Source: Paraspadella gotoi (lineage: Eukaryota > Animalia > Chaetognatha). From it: DNA of 64,000 nucleotides. The notes under the pieces are model-generated. The model did not search any database, was not told the origin of the DNA, and saw only the letters and a program-made list of their open reading frames with translations. Shown here piece by piece: positions 35,214-64,000 of the stretch (the stretch's first letter is position 1; every line of letters starts with the position of its first letter). The stretch covers positions 7,209,431 through 7,273,430 of the forward strand of contig CM119266.1 of the NCBI GenBank assembly GCA_051294375.1, read 5' to 3'. The position numbers were made by a program, and so were the translations under genes.

Positions 35214-35390
35214 AGTCACTGTCTCTCAAAGGACCGTCGCTTTTTTGACGACAGAAAATGTCTCACTGACTGAAGGAAGGAAAAAAAAAGAAAAAAAAAT
35301 CAAGAGAGAAACAGTGAAACGCTAATGAAGAACTAAATAAGGAGGCAAAAGAAAAGACATGATTGAAGAAAGATAAATATATGTATACTA

Positions 35391-35861
35391 TATGAAATTA
35401 GTACAACCAATATAAAAATTATCCATTCAATTAATAAACAAGCTATCTTGCCCCTGTTTTGGACAGGCTTTGGTGGTTTAAGGCCTCCATCACTCTTCCA
35501 AGATAATTACATCAATCAAGACTCTCTCACAGTCTTGTTTATTCACTCCCAGAGTACCTGGCTTCCCTATCAATGAAGTGTTATATATATTTCAAATGAA
35601 GTATTAATAAAATACAATTGAAGCTTTTTATTGAACTTAATACCACTTAATTAATACGGATGCCAGGTACTCTGGTAGTTATTAAACAAGACTGTGAGAG
35701 AGTCTTGATTGAAAGATTTCAGGGTCCTGCTATTTCATTATCTTGTAAGAGGGATGCATGCTTTAATCCATCATAGCCTGTTCAAAGCTTGGTCAAGATA
35801 TATGTAGCTTATTTATTTAATGAATGGATAATTTTTGTAAAGAGGTTGTACCAATTTCATG
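35391..35861. mobile_element. MITE with long imperfect TIRs
   Basis: ATGAAATTAGTACAACC..GGTTGTACCAATTTCAT, arms complementary over about 170 bp; fragments at about 1170-1340, 48775-48950, 54890-54932 and 61110-61150. Confidence 0.7.
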
Positions 35862-37039
35862 AAGAAGGAATATGAAAATAAAGGATGGAAAAGGAAGCCA
35901 CAAAAAAGGAAGTTTGGTGGAAGCAACAGAAATGGGAAGGAAAATAATTTAAATAGAAAAGAAGCGACGAAAACAATGAATTCAATGATGCGGTGACGTT
36001 TGCAGTGACTCTTGATTTTAAACTAATGATTGATAGCTATTATATTATTTTTTTTAATTTGTTGTATTTTATTGAAAGATAAAGTAATAAAATTTTAATG
36101 ATTGACAACAATTACAATATTTTAACTAATGATTAAATAACTTAATATTAAAGGTTTATAGGAAACGATATTTATTTATAAATTATTGATAAAAAGTAAG
36201 GGCTAAGTTTGCCATTGATGAGTTTAGATAAATAGAATAGATTGATAGATAAAACTAGTATTGATTTTTAGCAGAATTCATTCTTAGAATCAATAATTAA
36301 TTGGGTTCGAATCTTTTGTAGGTCTATGGAAAGTCCCACTAATAATGTTTCCTTTAAGAGATGCCTCGTCGCTTTGATATACATAATAAAAAAAGAAAAA
36401 GAAAAATCCCGGAAATCTGTTCGTTTTCTGCGACGGAAGGGGAACGCAACCGAGAGAAGAGAAACCGAATCGAAGGGAATAAAAGGATTTGCAAACAAAA
36501 GGGAATCGGGATTGAGTTGGTGGCGCTGAGATCGAAAAAAAGTCACCAAATCCGATTCTTAGGGAGGGGGGGTAAATAAATCTGATTGCGAGGGGGCGAA
36601 ATCTAAATCAGATTTTTGAGAATATAAATCCTTTTGTATATTTAATTGTTCCGATTAAAATATATTTAAATATTGTTTTAGAATAAAAGTTATTAAACTT
36701 ATTAGAATAAAACGTTGATAAAATAATTAGATAGCGGGAAATAAATAGAAAACAGACAAATTATTAATATAAAGATTTAAAAAAATAATGTTAAGAATCA
36801 TTATTTAATAATTAATAATTAAGACTTTAAAAAAATATTTAGAAATCAGATTTAAAGTTTGAGAAACAATCACTCAGAAACCCAAAAACAGAGACCACGA
36901 TATCAAACACAATTGACACATAAATCCTGTAGATTTATATGCATTTATAGTTATTTGACTAGAGAGAAAAAAATAGTTATTTCGGCAGTTACTTGCAATA
37001 ATTTTTAATCTTTATCCAATCCAATGTAATCTTTTTATC

Positions 37040-37360
37040 ATGGCATCTCCTAACTCAGAGCAGATGCCTTCTCTTTTTCTCATGCGATGGCATCTCCGAA
37101 CTCAGAGCAGATGCCTTCTCTTTTTCTCATGCGATGGCATCTCCGAACTCAGAGCAGATGCCTTCTCTTTTTCTCATGCGATGGCATCTCCGAACTCAGA
37201 GCAGATGCCTTCTCTTTTTCTCATGCGATGGCATCTCCGAACTCAGAGCAGATGCCTTCTCTTTTTCTCATGCGATGGCATCTCCGAACTCAGAGCAGAT
37301 GCCTTCTCTTTTTCTCATGCGATGGCATCTCCGAACTCATAGCAGATGCCTTCTCTTTTT
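37040..37360. repeat. Near-perfect 47-bp minisatellite (almost 7 units) with an internal hairpin
   Basis: Unit ATGGCATCTCCGAACTCAGAGCAGATGCCTTCTCTTTTTCTCATGCG; GGCATCT/AGATGCC stem. Confidence 0.95.
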
Positions 37361-37426
37361 TGTGCTGGAAATCGACGACAAAAAAATTGGATTAACTTTT
37401 ATGATCTTTTTCTCGCTCGAAATTGA

Positions 37427-37483
<57 letters not shown>

Positions 37484-37921
37484 TGCGGCCATTTTGGAAA
37501 AGGCAAGATCCTTCGCGGAAGTTCGCGCTTTCGATATTCATGAAGTTCGTTTGGCCTCAAAATCTGTTTTTTTCTCCTCGCGTTCATTTTTTGAATTTTT
37601 AGCTAATTTGCTTGTTTGAGTTTTCCCCTTTTTTGTTTGTTTGTATATTTTTCTGCTCGTTATATTTGGTTCCTTTTGACAGAAATGGTTTTTTTTTTAG
37701 TCAAGAACAAGTTTATTTGCTAAGTTCAGTCTCTTTATTCTTTACCCTAATTTAAAACTTTCCTCAGCCTTACCTTTTCAATGAGCTTACCCAACCGAGC
37801 GCTTATTCTTTTTGCGGCGATGAATTTTTCATTGCAAAAAAACAAAAAGAGCGGGAATCTAATTCCCCAGATGATGAGGCAATTATAGACATTAATATCG
37901 AGCGATGTTCATTTATCGCAG

Positions 37922-42230
<4,309 letters not shown>

Positions 42231-43812
42231 TGCACATCCATGCAGCCGGACTATGGGGTGTTTTAGAACTATGGAACTATGGTGGCTGAACTACTATGGT
42301 GGACTGGACATAGAGTGGAGACTGGAGTTTTATGTGTGGTATGGCGATAGTGTGGGAGATTGACGGTCCAGGACTATGTCGTTGAACTATGGGGGCTGAA
42401 CTACTATGATTCTGGGCTATGGTGCTGGATTTTGGAGTAAAGTCGGAGGGATGAAGGGCGGTATGTTGGAGAGCGAGAGTAGGGTGGGCAGTTGGAGTCG
42501 GAGCTTATCCGCGGTGATTCGAACACGCCGAAGTGAACTTTGGTACATGTTATTAGGAAGGTGATGATTTGTTGTTTCTTGGTAAGTATTACGCCGTTCA
42601 AAAACGTTCCGTAAGAACGGGCCCTAAATCGAGCGGCGTAATAACGATGGAGGTAAGGGGCGACGGGGAGACAAGGTCATTGGATAGAGGCGAGTTTTAA
42701 AGGGTGAGTTAGCAGCAGAGGGTAAGGTCGGGCTCACAAGATTGATAATTCAATTTTCACTGCCGGGTCGGAAGTGAAGATGTTATCGAAGGTCGGCGTG
42801 AATCCATTGTGGTCACAAGGAATCCATTGTAGTTGAATTCACTGTGGTCGGAAGGAATTCATTGTGGTCGGTCAGAATCCATTGTGGTCTGAATGAATCC
42901 ATAATTTATTAGTCAGAATCGTTGCTTTGTGGTGAGGATGAATTGTGATCCTGTTGAATCTATCGTGGTCTCGAGCATCAGAAGCGTCGGAAAGATAGAT
43001 GGCGCTTATTGGATTTTTTTGAGATAAAAGGGAAAAAAGGCGAGAAAAAGAAAAAAAGAAAAAGAAAAAGGAAAAAGCAAAGGTGAGAAAAAAGGTGAGT
43101 TTTTTCCTGTGAAAAATGAAATGTTCTTGAATTTGAAAAATTTCAGAAAGTATCTTTTATTTGAGCGGGATTAATAATTAAACATTATCCGGAATTCAAA
43201 ACACTAACAATGTCTTTCTTCAAGGTTCATTAAGAGTGTTCCGTTTTGGCCTAACATCTGACACCATGAATGATTTCGACCTGTCGGTTTGTCCGTATTC
43301 GTGACGTACAAAAGTTAAGAAGCTCTTTTTTTCGTGATCGACGGACAAAAAAGATCTCATGGGTAAAATCGCGATAAACTATTAATAATTTAATATCCCT
43401 TTTATCGTCTCACCAATCATTTCTGATTAATAAAAGTAAAATTTCAAATAAAAATAAACGCCACACTTGTTCTAATTGTCATTCTTTACCATTGCATTGA
43501 CAACAAATATTGTTTCATTTGTTTTAATTGTTTTATCGATCCGTTTGGTCGATCGATCATCAAAAGAGGATCGTCCCCCAATTTAAAAAAAAAAATTTAA
43601 ATATCAATGAATTTCATTAATTATTCTATCGCGTGAGGAACATTTTATTCGCGGATCAAATTTGATTAAATTTCGATTCGTATTGATTTTTATTCACTTC
43701 GGCTTTGGCTCTCACCGCTAATTATTTCTCATAAGTAAATTATGAATTTTGTTTGGTTCTCCGACTTAGCTTAGAACAGGGAAGAGAGGGAGGGGAAGAG
43801 AGAGAGAGAGAG

Positions 43813-43883
<71 letters not shown>

Positions 43884-44564
43884 AGATAGATAAGGCGCCC
43901 GTCAAGCGATTCGTTCGTCCAACTCGAGAAATGAAATAAATAAAACAAATAGCGGATCGAACAAAATATCAATATTACATACAAACATAACAATTAAAAG
44001 TTATTTGAAGATAAAATATTAAAAAATCCATAATATTTTCAATTCGACCTCTTCAAATTTAAAAACTAAAGTCTTTGACGTTGATAAAAATATAAAAAAG
44101 TACTTAGATTTTTAAATTTAAAAAAAAAAAAGACTAAGTGTCAAATATGTAAAATAGCGGGAACGACGTTTGAATTTACATTCGAATGAGAGAAGAAAAG
44201 AAAAGAAAAGAAAAAAAGAGAAGTGAAAAGAGAAGTGAAAAGAAAAGCGAATAGAAAAAGAAAGTGAAGAGCGCGAACGAATTAATAATTCCAGAGAAAA
44301 TTATTTCGCGAAAAAAAAAGAAGAAGCTATTAAAATTGCGAAAGTTTAAAAATGCAACTTTCGCTTTTGAGCGCAAAACCGACTCGCAAAACTCTGCTCA
44401 AAAAAATTGTGTTCTATGCAACACTTGTTTTTTTTTCTTTGTCCAATCGTCTTAAATTTCGCGTCCTTAAAAAGACTTTGGCTTAAATCTAACCCTTTCA
44501 ATTTTGTTGGCTTTATTATTAAACGGCTTTCTTTCAAATCTTTCTTTTTATTTTCTTTTTCTAT

Positions 44565-44770
44565 TCCTATCTTCTATTTTATTCTTTCTTTTTTATTTTC
44601 TTCTTCTTATCCTATCTTCTATTTTCTTCTTCCTTTTTTATTTTCTTCTTCTTATCCTATCTTCTATTTTCTTCTTCCTTTTTTATTTTCTTCTTCTTAT
44701 CCTATCTTCTATTTTCTTCTTCCTTTTTTATTTTCTTCTTCTTATCCTATCTTCTATTTTCTTCTTCATT
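44565..44770. repeat. 39-bp pyrimidine-rich minisatellite
   Basis: About 5 units of CCTATCTTCTATTTTCTTCTTCCTTTTTTATTTTCTTCTTCTTAT-like sequence; exact period estimated by eye. Confidence 0.7.
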
Positions 44771-45848
44771 TTTATCTTCTTCTCCCACCCTCTTTCCCTC
44801 CACAGTCATTTCCTTCCCCCCGTTCATTTTTTTCTCCGCAATTTCTATCCCCTTAAAGAAAAATTGGTATCATCTTCCTCCCACCCCCCCCAGTCTTCCC
44901 GTTCCCCCCCTCCTTGATCTCTCATCAATAATGATTTCCCTTTCGTTATCAACCCCCCCCCGAATGTATATTGTAATCGTAAATTGTAAAAAAAAGTTTT
45001 TAAAAATTCGCAGAAAACCGAAGTTTATTTATTTTTTTGAGTGATTGTGACGTCGTCGTCCTTAAAAAAACCTTTTCATCAACTTGAATTGTAATATTTT
45101 ATTTTTTAAAACGAAATTCTCGCTCAAACCATTATTTTTCGTTTAAGCGCCATGTGGTCAATCACTTTCTTTACTCGGTTTTTTGGAAATACAATATAAT
45201 TATCATTTAATTTATAAGAATTGAATTAATTCAACCTAAAATTAATTTGGCGATTACAACTTTTCAAGTGGTTCAATCAAAAAGTTCCAATAATTTTAAC
45301 TTGATTAAAAAATCAAAATTAAACCCATTTCAAAAACTTTGGATGCATAGCATATTCTATCAACATTAAATATTTCCCTATAGATAAAAATGTTATTACT
45401 ACTTTAAATTTAATTATTTGAAGATTTTGTGAATTGGTGAATCTCGTTTTTATGAAATGAATTCATTTTAAACAATTTTGTAAAATTAGTAAACTAGTCT
45501 ATTTTAAATTCAAATGTTTTTTTTAACTGAATTTGAAATGTAACCCAGTGAACCTAATTAAGATTAGTTTAGTCGTTTTTAATCCTTTTAACTTTTAACA
45601 ATTTTGTTCATTCGTCCTTTACTGATTTTTTTCTGCTCGATTTATTTGTTCTATCGAAGAGAAATACATTTTGTTATTTGTTGTACATCTGAAATCATTT
45701 AGAGTAATTTGAATGCAGTGAGAAACGAGAAATAGTTAATTTGTCCAGCGTACATTGATCAATTATGGAAGTGGAGTCGAAAAGAAAACAATGATCGACA
45801 GTAGATATGAAGCAAAGATTTAGAATCTTCAGTGTTGGTGTATATATT

Positions 45849-46116
45849 TGTAGTCGGGCATTGCCTAGATACACCCCGCCTATAAGTATGACTCTTTCAG
45901 TTGTAACCCGGTGGCTCATGGAGTAGAGCTAGGTACCGGGTTCAATCCCAACCCGGTACCTACCTTGCGGGAAGAGTGAGGACGGCCGTTAGCCGCCTTG
46001 GGGGCGTAGCAAACCCTCAAGCCTGGTTCCAAGCCCAGGACCCGTTCCATGGCTACTAAAGGGGGTTATAGAAGTTACGGATAGTCATCTTCTGCCCACT
46101 TAGCGCCTTATCCACA
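45849..46116 (-). mobile_element. Solo LTR with 4-bp TSD TATT
   Basis: TATT|TGTAGTCGGG..CTTATCCACA|TATT. Confidence 0.8.
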
Positions 46117-46234
46117 TATTTTATATTAGGAAATAATAATAATATTTTTTTTCTAAATTATTCATCGGGCGGAAAAATGAAACTATTGTTCCTATTTTTT
46201 ACAAAAAACAACCAAAAACAACAACAACAACAAC

Positions 46235-46328
46235 AACCAAAACCAAAACCAAAACCAAAACCAAAACCAAAACCAAAACCAAAACCAAAACCAAAACCAA
46301 AACCAAAACCAAAACCAAAACCAAAACC
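46235..46328. repeat. (AAAACC)n hexamer microsatellite
   Basis: About 15 perfect units. Confidence 0.95.
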
Positions 46329-46891
46329 CCGCAAAAGGCAACTTGTCAGGTTTAGCATTTGAAAGATTTTAAAAAGTTTTCATAACACGCGCTTTTACTT
46401 AATTTTTTTCATAAAACACTTTTTTTTAGTTCGTTGAAAATTGGGTTTTATTTACTTTTTATTTGAGTTTTTATATTTACTCTTTCCCTTTTCTTCGCTT
46501 CATTTTTTTTCACAGTTTTTTTCCTTCTTCACTTTAAGACACGAATATCACAATTTTTCTTCTTTATCTTTTTCTTATTTTTTTTTGCGTCTTTCATTTA
46601 CGAATTCTTTCACGTCTTAAGTTTCGCACTTCATAAATTTTTCTTAAAATAACTTCAAACGTCATATGACATTACATCGTCGAAGTCATTTATGTTTATT
46701 TTTTTTATTGCAAAACGAATTAATTTAAGTTTCGGAACTTTTTTTTTCTATTGAGGTTCTCCAATTTTATAGGTTCTTTCCTTTCCAATATGCAGCCTGA
46801 ACCTTTTGGAGTCCGACGACACTTTCATTCTTTCTGACACTTCCCCATCATCATCATCATCCTCATCATCATCGTTATCATCATAATCGTT

Positions 46892-46922
<31 letters not shown>

Positions 46923-46961
46923 ACATCATCATCATCGTCAACATCATCATCAACATCATCC

Positions 46962-46999
<38 letters not shown>

Positions 47000-47337
47000 G
47001 CAGGAGATCAATCTCACCAAAATCCAAATGGGATCGGATCATCGGGCGATCGCCGCCAGAATGGAATCATTGACCGCTGATTGGCCGATACGGAACTGGA
47101 ACCGACCAATCAGCTTGCAGGAACGATGGAATTGTCAAAATCTGATCCTGTCTTTTGTTATAAATAGCTTTAGTTCTCTCTTAGTTTCAGTAGAATTGAT
47201 TCAGACTCATGCGTGAGTCTCACCGTCACCTTTATTTACTCAGAATATAATCGAGTTGATTTCAACCAGGAAATCCATAAATTTTCCCTTAAATGTGGTG
47301 ACAGGACTTCTGGGCAAGTCTCACCACTCCTTAAATG

Positions 47338-47375
<38 letters not shown>

Positions 47376-47376
47376 G

Positions 47377-47409
<33 letters not shown>

Positions 47410-47549
47410 GAGAATGTATTGTTTTTTTTGTTTTTTTTTTATAAAAAAAAAACCAAAAAACAAACACACCTGATAAACCGGATAAAATATTTTTTCCGCG
47501 ATTCATTAAGCACCACTTTCATTCCTTCTCGACCATCTCTCTCTTTCTT

Positions 47550-47590
<41 letters not shown>

Positions 47591-49723
47591 CGAATCCTCT
47601 CCCTCTCTCTCACATCTGTTAGGACTAAGCGCGTGAGATTTTGCTCAGACGTGATGCAAAATTTCGGCGAAAGTGAAATAAATATAAAAAGTTATACAAA
47701 AGGCGAAAAAAAATCTAGAAAGATGGATAACGAGACGGAAGTTAAAAGATTAACGATGTAAAGAATATAAAAAGGAAGACCACTTAAAAAATCCAGACGC
47801 GTGAAAAAAACCGTTTCTTTTCTAATTCATAAAATCTAATTAATTTAAATTTTAAAGTCGAGAATAATAATAATAAAAAAAAATAAATTAGCGGATTTTT
47901 AAAAATTTTTCGGTTGCAAGGTCATTGACCCTTTGATGATTAACAGAATGAGATTAAGATTAAGATTAAGATTAAGATTGAGATTTACGTTAAGATTAAT
48001 ATTTGAGATTAACATAATGATTAAGATTAAGATTTCAGATTAAGATTAAGATTAATATTTGAGATTCAAACGAGATTTGGAATTTACATTTTCTAGAATT
48101 TAATTTAAATTTCAATATCAATTTGGAGTTAGGTCCGTTACATTTATTCTAGATTGGGGGTTTACATTATGACTCATATTCACCTGATTTACTGGAATTG
48201 AATTATGATTTAAGCATTAATATTGATTTAAGTTTGTTAAATAAAATTTTTTTCTCCGAATTAATTTCGTACTTGGATTTAATTTTCAACTAAGAAATGG
48301 GATTTAGATTTTCTTATAAGATTTATACGATTAGGATTTGTACATTTACTTTTGGATTTGGATTCGGATTTTGATTTTGATTTTGATTTTGATTTTGATT
48401 TTGATTTTGATTTTGATGTACAATGTACATTGTACATTCAGTGGCGGAGGATTTTAACAAAACCGATTAAAAAAAACCCATTCGCTATAAAAAAAAAAGA
48501 AAATTAAAAAAAACTCTCTTTTTTTCCTTTTTCAATCTTTTCGCCCGTCGCCTTTTTTATTTCGACTGGAGAGTAAACATTCCGTCCAACAGTTAAAACC
48601 TGGGTTTTTTTAAAAGTTTTTTTAAGGTTTTCATTTTTTTTTAATGCATTTATTTTTTTTAATGGGATTTTTCTCTCGACTGAAAAGGAGGGGAATATAA
48701 AACTAGAGACTTGCAATGATTGGCAGCCCTGGATTTTCGCACGATAATATCATTAAACGATAGTTTTTTTTTTATGAAATTGGTACAATCGATATAAAAA
48801 TTATCCATTCATTTAATAAATAAGCTATCTTGTTCCTGACTTTGGACTGGCTACGGCGGTTTTAAGGTCTCCATCACTCTTACAAGATAATGACATAGGC
48901 TTTCCTATCAATGAAGTAGATAATACTTCGAAGTAATATTAAATTGTATTAAAGACTAAGTATTAGATCGGGCAATACTATATTGTGCTTCGCCCAGCAT
49001 CAAAATACAAGGAGCTGAATATTATGAAACAACCTATATAAAATTTTAGTATAAACTTTTTTTTGCCTTTCATTCACTGTATGAAAACTAAAAATAAAAT
49101 CGAACGAAAATCGGTAGCATGTTTAAGATATTCATCTCTTTCTGTCTTCTTTTTATTCTGATTTTTCGTTGTTGTTGTTGTGATATTTCACGGCAATCTA
49201 GTTTCTCCCTCCCGCTTTTCTCTCTTCACTTTTTTCCTTCTCAAATTCCGTCTTTCTCCACCATCGTTCTGTCTGTCCGTCCCTCCGTATATCAGTATCA
49301 CTAATCTCTCCTTTAGTCTCAACTAGTTATCCCCGTCGATCCCTCGTGTCTCTCCCTCCCCCCCGAACCGCCCCCCCACCCGGTTAAAGAAAAAAAAAAG
49401 ATGTAAAATAGTTAAGGCGAGAAATCGGTTAATCTGGCGAAGAATTTTGAAAATGAAAACAATTTTTTCTTCTTCTTCTTCTTTTTTATTTTTTCTTTCT
49501 TTCTTTTTTTTTTCTTTCTGGTGAAAAAAAAAGGGAGAATTCCTCAATCGGCTAAAAAAGAAGAAAATTCCTCAATCGGCTAAATCGGCTCATTAGGAAA
49601 AAGAGAGAAAGAGAGAGAAAGAATTTTACGGGAAAAGAAATCTTGTCTGTAGATGTTTATTTGTTTAACCTCGATATTTTGTTTTTATTTTGTTTTTTAT
49701 GTAAAATATAATATAATGTTGTA

Positions 49724-49806
<83 letters not shown>

Positions 49807-50128
49807 TAAAAATAATATACTTATACTTATTTTAAAATTTTTATATAAAATTGATTAAAATTTATTAAATTCTTACATTTATGTTAAAATTTTAATAAAA
49901 TAATAAATAATAATAAAAAATTTAATAAAATTTTAAAGTCTAATTTAGTAAAACAAGTAATCTTGCAATTTTTCATAATAATATTGTATGTTGGTTCGTT
50001 TTGTTTACATTAAAACTCTCACGAAATCTTTTTTTACCGAAATCACGTTTCTTTAATTGAAAAAAAGAAAGTCTTAAATGTTTTTGTGATCAGAGGTTCG
50101 CCTTTGTAAGGTAAATCGTGAGGTTGCA

Positions 50129-50162
<34 letters not shown>

Positions 50163-50654
50163 CAAACTATTTTCTCTGCTCATTACTTTTCGCCGCTCAA
50201 TTTAATATTTTCTTTCTCGGACAATAAATCATCGCAACTGTCGCGTTTATCTGTCCGTTCTTCTATCCGTTGTCTGTCGCGTTTTTCTATCCGTTTTGTC
50301 TGCCCATTCTTCTATCCGTTTGTCTGTACATTTTTCTATCAGTTTGTCTGTCCGTTCTTCTACCCGTTTGTCTGTATGTTGTTTTATATGTATTGTCTGG
50401 TCCGTTCTTGTCTATCCGTTTGTCTGTCCGTTTCTTCTATCCGTTTGTCTGTCGTGTTATTCTAATCCGTTTGCCTGTCCGTTTTTTTATCCGTTTGTCT
50501 GTCCGCGTCTTTTGCTTTTTTTTCTCTTCTGTGTTTTCTGCCCGCGAAAGCCGACTGTCTAGCTGCTCGTCTACTCGCGATCTTTTAGTCCAGCATGTCT
50601 CGTCATGTTTGCGTTCATGAGACCACTGCCTGGCTCTCATTCTGTCTATTATCG

Positions 50655-50700
<46 letters not shown>

Positions 50701-51178
50701 TCTCTCGTCATCTTCTCTCTCTTCTCTCTCTCTCGTTGTCTCTCCTCTCTCTCTCACAATATGTTTCGTTTATATTTTATGTTTTCAGCTGTACAGCAGA
50801 GATTTTCTTTCTCTCCTTCGTTTAAAAACTTTTTTTTTCATCTTTGAGGAGAAATTTTTCTTTTTGTCTTTTTTTCCTTTTTTCCTTATTTTTTCAAAAG
50901 GAGAAAATATTTGAAAAACTCGTTCATATAAAATCTAAAAGTAAAAAAAATATATGAAAATTTAATGAGGCAGAATTTCTTCTCTATGAGATTTGTAAAT
51001 TTTGAAATTTTTTGACCTTTGGGATCATTTGGACTTTTTTTAACCATTTGGATCATTTTTACTTTCGTCCACTTTTGAATCTTGACTTATCGTTTTACAA
51101 TATTTTCCGTCTTTTAGTGTTTTTCTCTTCTTCTTCTTATTTCATTTTCTCTTTCTTTCCATCCTTTCCATTTTTCTT

Positions 51179-51209
<31 letters not shown>

Positions 51210-51687
51210 TTCTTTCTTTCTTTCTTTCTTTTTTTCTTTCGTTCTCTCTTTCTTTCCTTCTTTCTTTCTTTCTTTTTTTTCTTTCTTTCTTTCCTTCTTT
51301 CTTTTTTTCCCCCACTTTCATTCACTTTCTTCTCTTACATCCCTTATCTTTTTTCAATCATTCCTTTTCCTTAATTCTTTCCTTATCTTTTTTCAGTCAT
51401 TTCCTTTTCCTTAATTCTTTCCTTTAATCTTTTCCCAAATCCTCATATTTTCTTATCTTCCTCGTTATATCCGATTTTCCTTTTTAATAAAGTTTAACAG
51501 CTTTCGGGAACGCTCTCTTCCTCCTTACTAGATAAACATTTTTGTTTGCTTCGAGAAAAAAATCCGAAAAAAATTAAGTTAAGAAAAAAAATTGACTTGG
51601 AGCAGAAAAAAAATTAGTGAAAACAGAGAATCTTGGGAGCAGAGAGAGGGAGAGAGAGAAGAGAGAGAGAGGAGAGAGAGAAGAGAG

Positions 51688-51727
<40 letters not shown>

Positions 51728-51862
51728 GAGAGAAGGACGGGGGGTGCGTGAAATAGAGAGAGAGAGAGAGATTAGACGAGAGAGAGAAGAGAGAGAGAGA
51801 GAGACGCGGAGAGAGAGGAGAGGAGAGAGGAGAGAGAGAGAAGAAGAGAGAGAGAGAAGAAA

Positions 51863-51896
<34 letters not shown>

Positions 51897-52269
51897 CGAG
51901 TCCAGTACATTTTCGTCAGAACTTTCGTGGCCTGAGATTATAAAAAATAATAAAAATAAAGATAACCAACGCGACGAGACGAACTGATGACGACGGTGCT
52001 CTATGACGACGACGATGACAACGACGATGCATGACGACCGCAGATGTTTGACCAAGACCGTATACAAAACCATAATAAAGAGCGACCGACGACCATGGAG
52101 ACGATGAGACGTGAAAATAACGAAACGAACCGCAGAATGATGACCGACGACCGCAACTGGTCTTGACGAAAGATCCATGAACGACGACGACGACCGACCG
52201 ATAGACGACGACGACGCTAAAAAAAAGATGTTTTCAGGCCGATTAATGGTTATTTTTCATTCCCGTTAG

Positions 52270-52307
<38 letters not shown>

Positions 52308-52690
52308 GAGAGAGAGAGAAGAGAGAGATAGAAGAGAGAGAGAAGAAGAGTAGAGAAGTTGGTTTTAAATAATTGAAGGAAAAGAGAGAAATAAAGGAAC
52401 AGAGANNNNNNNNNNNNNNNNNNNNNNNNNTCTCTCTCCCAACGGATTCTCTGTTTTCACTAATTTTTTTTCCCCCAACCAATTTTTTTCTAACTTTTTT
52501 TCGATTTTTTTCCTCCGAAGCACAAAAATGTTATCCTAGTAAAGAGAAGGGAGAAGGCGGTCCCGAAAAGCTGTTTAAAAGCTTTATATAAAAAAGGGGA
52601 AAAACTGATATATATTAACTGATAACAAAAACTGATAACAAACTATCAAATTTGATAAAAAAAAGTATAAATAACTTTCGTTCGTCGAAA

Positions 52691-63759
<11,069 letters not shown>

Positions 63760-64000
63760 TTGCGAAAGGTGATGGGGGGGGGCAATGGCCAATGGAATAA
63801 ATTCGCAAGACTTTCAACCAACAACCGATAAATAAAGTAGATTAATGCTTAAAGATAAAATACTAATAATCATTCGTAAGTCTGATAATTTAAGTTGAAA
63901 AACAAAAAAGATATTTAATACCTATAATTAATTACGTATTTAAAGCAAAGCAGCACAAAATATTTGAACAGACATCAAGAAAAATTGAAAGCTTGCAGGG

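Noticed and set aside
37040-37360. CRISPR-like array of palindromic repeats
   Set aside because: Units are contiguous and identical with no unique spacers, there are no cas genes, and the context is eukaryotic. It is a minisatellite and its three ORFs are repeat artefacts.
46748-47622. Poly-Asp, poly-His and poly-Ile proteins
   Set aside because: Translations of (CAT)n microsatellites with no splice or homology support.

Overview
AT-rich, microsatellite- and transposon-dense eukaryotic DNA from an invertebrate animal draft assembly with N-gaps and noisy patches; the genes are spliced, so most of the ORF track is noise. Manual exon reconstruction gives five genes. (1) A + strand globin X-like gene with body exons at 37922-42230. 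It lacks its own start codon but has two paralogous, in-phase candidate first exons 20.7 kb and 37 kb upstream (17142-17225 and 597-680), each encoding an MGCGPS N-acylation motif. Its introns avoid the canonical globin positions B12.2 and G7.0. (2-4) Three tandem five-exon paralogues on the - strand (976-6746, 8407-11810, 19310-28497) encode about 225-235 aa secreted proteins of a family I cannot name. They would be nested antisense in the globin first intron, and one carries a single in-frame TAG. (5) A + strand WFDC1/ps20-like WAP gene (52691 to at least 63707) with two microexons and a C-terminal VWC-like module. Repeats include Penelope-like fragments with a minimal hammerhead ribozyme, solo LTRs, Helentron/DINE-1-like elements, several MITE families, tRNA-derived SINEs, minisatellites and a roughly 5 kb inverted duplication that may be an assembly artefact. 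All splicing is inferred from sequence; no transcript evidence is available.
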